Source: an uncultured Bacteroidota bacterium
Lineage (GTDB): Bacteria > Bacteroidota > Bacteroidia > JABEUT01
Assembly: GCA_903901055.1 (NCBI GenBank)
Contig: CAIUPO010000051.1
Coordinates: forward strand, 8,312-72,311
Length of the DNA: 64,000 nucleotides
Reading direction: 5' to 3'
The notes under the pieces are model-generated. The model was not told the DNA's origin, made no database searches, and was given only the letters and a program-made list of their open reading frames with translations. Both the position numbers and the translations under genes were made by a program. Of this stretch, positions 61,586-64,000 are shown in pieces. The first letter of the stretch is position 1. Every line of letters begins with the position of its first letter.

Positions 61586-64000
61586 ATGGCAAAGTTTCCA
61601 TCGCAATATGAATTAGCCTTTCAACAATCCCTTGAAAAGCTTAATGCGGCACAAAAGCAAGCTGTAGAAAATATTGAAGGACCTGTCCTTGTTATTGCCG
61701 GACCAGGAACAGGGAAGACACAAATTCTTGCAACCAGAATTGGTAAAATATTACAAGACACCGATACACCAGCGCATGGGATTCTCTGTCTTACCTATAC
61801 AGACACAGGCCGGGTTGAAATGCGCAACAGGCTTTTCAATATTATCGGACCAGCGGCCTATAGGGTGAATATTCACACATTCCACTCATTTTGTAATGAA
61901 GTAATACAAGATAATATTTCCTACTTCGGAAGGCAAAGCATGGAGGCCATTTCAGAATTAGAAGAACTGGAGTTATTTAATGAATTGCTGAAAAACCTGC
62001 CAATTGAAAGCAGACTTAAAAATTTCAAAAGCGATATTAATTATGAAGTTAAAAAGGTCATAAACCTTTATGCACGTTATAAAAAAGAGAACTGGTCGGT
62101 TGAATTTATGAATCAGAAAATTGATTCCTATCTTCAGGATTTGCCAACAAGGGATGAATTTATTTATAAGGTTAATTCTAAAAATTTCAAGAAAGGGGAT
62201 TTGAAAGTTGGAGCAATAAAAGAGGAAACAGAGAAAATGGAAAAACTGCGTGAAGCAGTAAACCTCTATCCCAAGTATGAAGCATTGATGCGTGAGAAAA
62301 GGCGCTATACTTTCGATGATATGATACTTTGGGTATTGAAAGCATTTGAAGAAAACAACAATATCCTACTTAATTATCAGGAAAAATATTTATACTTTTT
62401 AGTAGACGAATTCCAAGATACAAGCGGCTCGCAAAAGCAATTACTACAATACTTAATTCAGTATTGGGAAGCACCGAATGTGTTTGTGGTGGGTGACGAT
62501 GACCAATCCATATTTTCGTTTCAGGATGCGAACGTTAAAAACATAACTGACTTTGCAAGCGAATACGCAAATGGGTTACACAAGGTTGTATTAACTGAAA
62601 ATTACCGCTCAACCCAAAATATTTTAGATGCTGCAAAAAGCCTTATTGAAAAAAACAAAGAACGCTTTGTAAATATTGATACAACCTTAAGTAAAGACTT
62701 GGTAGCAGCTAAAGTTTCTTTAAAAGAATTAGATATTCCTCCTCAAATTATTGAATACCCAAACCCCGCCAACGAAGCCATTTGTATCGCACATAAAATT
62801 GAAGAATTAATTTCTTCAGGGAGAACTCAGCCTTCAGAAATTGCAGTTATATTCCGCAATCACAGGCAGGTTGAAGATTTGGTAAATTATTTCGAAAAGA
62901 AAAATATTCGTCTCAATATGAAACGGAATATCAATATTCTGGAACTGTCTTTCGTAAATAAAATACTTACCCTACTGGAGTATATCGCCTTGGAGGCTAA
63001 CAAAGAATACAGTGGCGATGAAAAGTTATTTGAGATATTACACTTTGCTTTTTTCAACATCCCTCCGATAGATATAGCAAGGCTTAGCAGGCAAGTTGCA
63101 CAAAAAAACTTTAACTGGAGAAACGAAAAAACTTCCTTACGGCGTGCCATTTCTGAAGAAGAAAGTGCTGTTCCGGATCTCTTTAATACTGCAGAAACAA
63201 GCGAGCTAAAGCGAATAAGCAATGTGCTTGAAGAACTAATTAAAGCATCAAACAACGTTACACTCCAGGTATTATTTGAAGTAGTAATTCGTGAAGCAGG
63301 TATTCTAAACTATATTCTTAACCAGCCTGACAAGCCTTGGCTTATGGAGGTAATCACTTGCCTTTTCAAGTTTATAAAATCTGAAACGCACAAAAATCCG
63401 GATATTACACTTCAACGTTTGCTCGACATGATTAAGACCATGAAGAGTAATAACATCAGGCTTAATCTCGAGAAAGTATCTGCGTCAGCTGATGGTGTAA
63501 ATCTGGTTACAGCCCATAGTTCGAAAGGAACGGAATATGAATATGTATTTTTAATCGGTTGCAATAAAAACACTTGGGATGACAAAAAATCATCAGGCCA
63601 TTATGATTTCAGTATGCCCGATAATCTTACTTCCGATAATTATGTTGTGGATGAACTGGAGGAAGCCCGAAGATTGTTTTATGTCGCTATGACGAGAGCT
63701 AAAACCCACCTGGCTATTTCTTATTCATCCAATGATAATTCAACCAAAGTTTTAGAACGTTCAGAATTTGTTGGGGAATTAATTGAGGGAACAGGCATCT
63801 TGGAGAAAAAAGAACATGCAGATGAAAATACGGTATCGGATTATCTGCAACTTCAATACACTAACAAACCGATTCCGGAAATTGGACTTATTGATAAAAG
63901 CTACATTGATAAAATTCTGGAAAACTATTCGCTTAGTGTAACCAATCTGAATAATTATCTGGAATGCCCAATTAAATTCTATTACAATAATGTAATAAGG
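61586..64000 (+). CDS. UvrD/Rep-family (AddA-like) DNA helicase, 3' end outside the window
   Basis: Hand translation from the ATG at 61586 gives MAKFPSQYELAFQQSLEKLNAAQKQAVENIEGPVLVIAGPGTGKTQIL. Later motifs are DEFQDTSGSQ, VVGDDDQSIFSFQDA, TENYRST and VTAHSSKGTEYEYVF. The frame stays open to position 64000, which is why it is absent from the ORF track. Confidence 0.85.
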   Translation, partial: MAKFPSQYELAFQQSLEKLNAAQKQAVENIEGPVLVIAGPGTGKTQILATRIGKILQDTDTPAHGILCLTYTDTGRVEMRNRLFNIIGPAAYRVNIHTFHSFCNEVIQDNISYFGRQSMEAISELEELELFNELLKNLPIESRLKNFKSDINYEVKKVINLYARYKKENWSVEFMNQKIDSYLQDLPTRDEFIYKVNSKNFKKGDLKVGAIKEETEKMEKLREAVNLYPKYEALMREKRRYTFDDMILWVLKAFEENNNILLNYQEKYLYFLVDEFQDTSGSQKQLLQYLIQYWEAPNVFVVGDDDQSIFSFQDANVKNITDFASEYANGLHKVVLTENYRSTQNILDAAKSLIEKNKERFVNIDTTLSKDLVAAKVSLKELDIPPQIIEYPNPANEAICIAHKIEELISSGRTQPSEIAVIFRNHRQVEDLVNYFEKKNIRLNMKRNINILELSFVNKILTLLEYIALEANKEYSGDEKLFEILHFAFFNIPPIDIARLSRQVAQKNFNWRNEKTSLRRAISEEESAVPDLFNTAETSELKRISNVLEELIKASNNVTLQVLFEVVIREAGILNYILNQPDKPWLMEVITCLFKFIKSETHKNPDITLQRLLDMIKTMKSNNIRLNLEKVSASADGVNLVTAHSSKGTEYEYVFLIGCNKNTWDDKKSSGHYDFSMPDNLTSDNYVVDELEEARRLFYVAMTRAKTHLAISYSSNDNSTKVLERSEFVGELIEGTGILEKKEHADENTVSDYLQLQYTNKPIPEIGLIDKSYIDKILENYSLSVTNLNNYLECPIKFYYNNVIR

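Overview
This 64 kb window looks like chromosomal DNA from a member of Bacteroidota. Three things support that. Many genes have the TAnnTTTG -7 promoter motif 20-65 nt upstream. Several gene families are typical of the phylum: DUF5686/CarboxypepD_reg, DUF5777 barrel, WG-repeat, Fib_succ-type lipoprotein and PKD-like modules. The DNA is AT-rich. About 60 protein genes are tightly packed on both strands, and most concern the cell envelope or glycans. They include: (i) a NatAB-like ABC-2 exporter; (ii) a fluoride riboswitch plus crcB; (iii) a ~12 kb Wzm/Wzt (ABC-transporter-dependent) glycan locus (6.4-18.2 kb); (iv) an ArsR-led cluster of small ligand-binding-fold proteins; (v) three tandem paralogous genes for secreted proteins ending in extreme polyglycine domains (21.9-28.7 kb); (vi) tRNA-Val, a GIY-YIG gene and a second degenerate tRNA-Val-like copy; (vii) a Wzc tyrosine autokinase, an M23 peptidase and alaS; (viii) a lone paaZ followed by a ~3.3 kb accessory patch (42.0-45.3 kb) holding a HEPN-motif protein with a membrane partner, a DUF1801 gene, a phased CTGTTA iteron-like array and an unlisted 50-aa membrane protein; (ix) a second sugar-nucleotide block (wbpD/B/A-like, rfbB, later rfbA); (x) a CXXCH lipoprotein with a DUF5777 barrel; (xi) lptB and a 3'-truncated UvrD-like helicase. 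I saw no rRNA, CRISPR array, transposase, integrase or reverse transcriptase. The best candidates for something undescribed are the HEPN + transmembrane two-gene cassette and the three-gene polyglycine/PKD-like array. All calls come from reading the sequence and ORF translations by eye. No database search, covariance model or GC calculation was run, so family names are motif-level recognitions.
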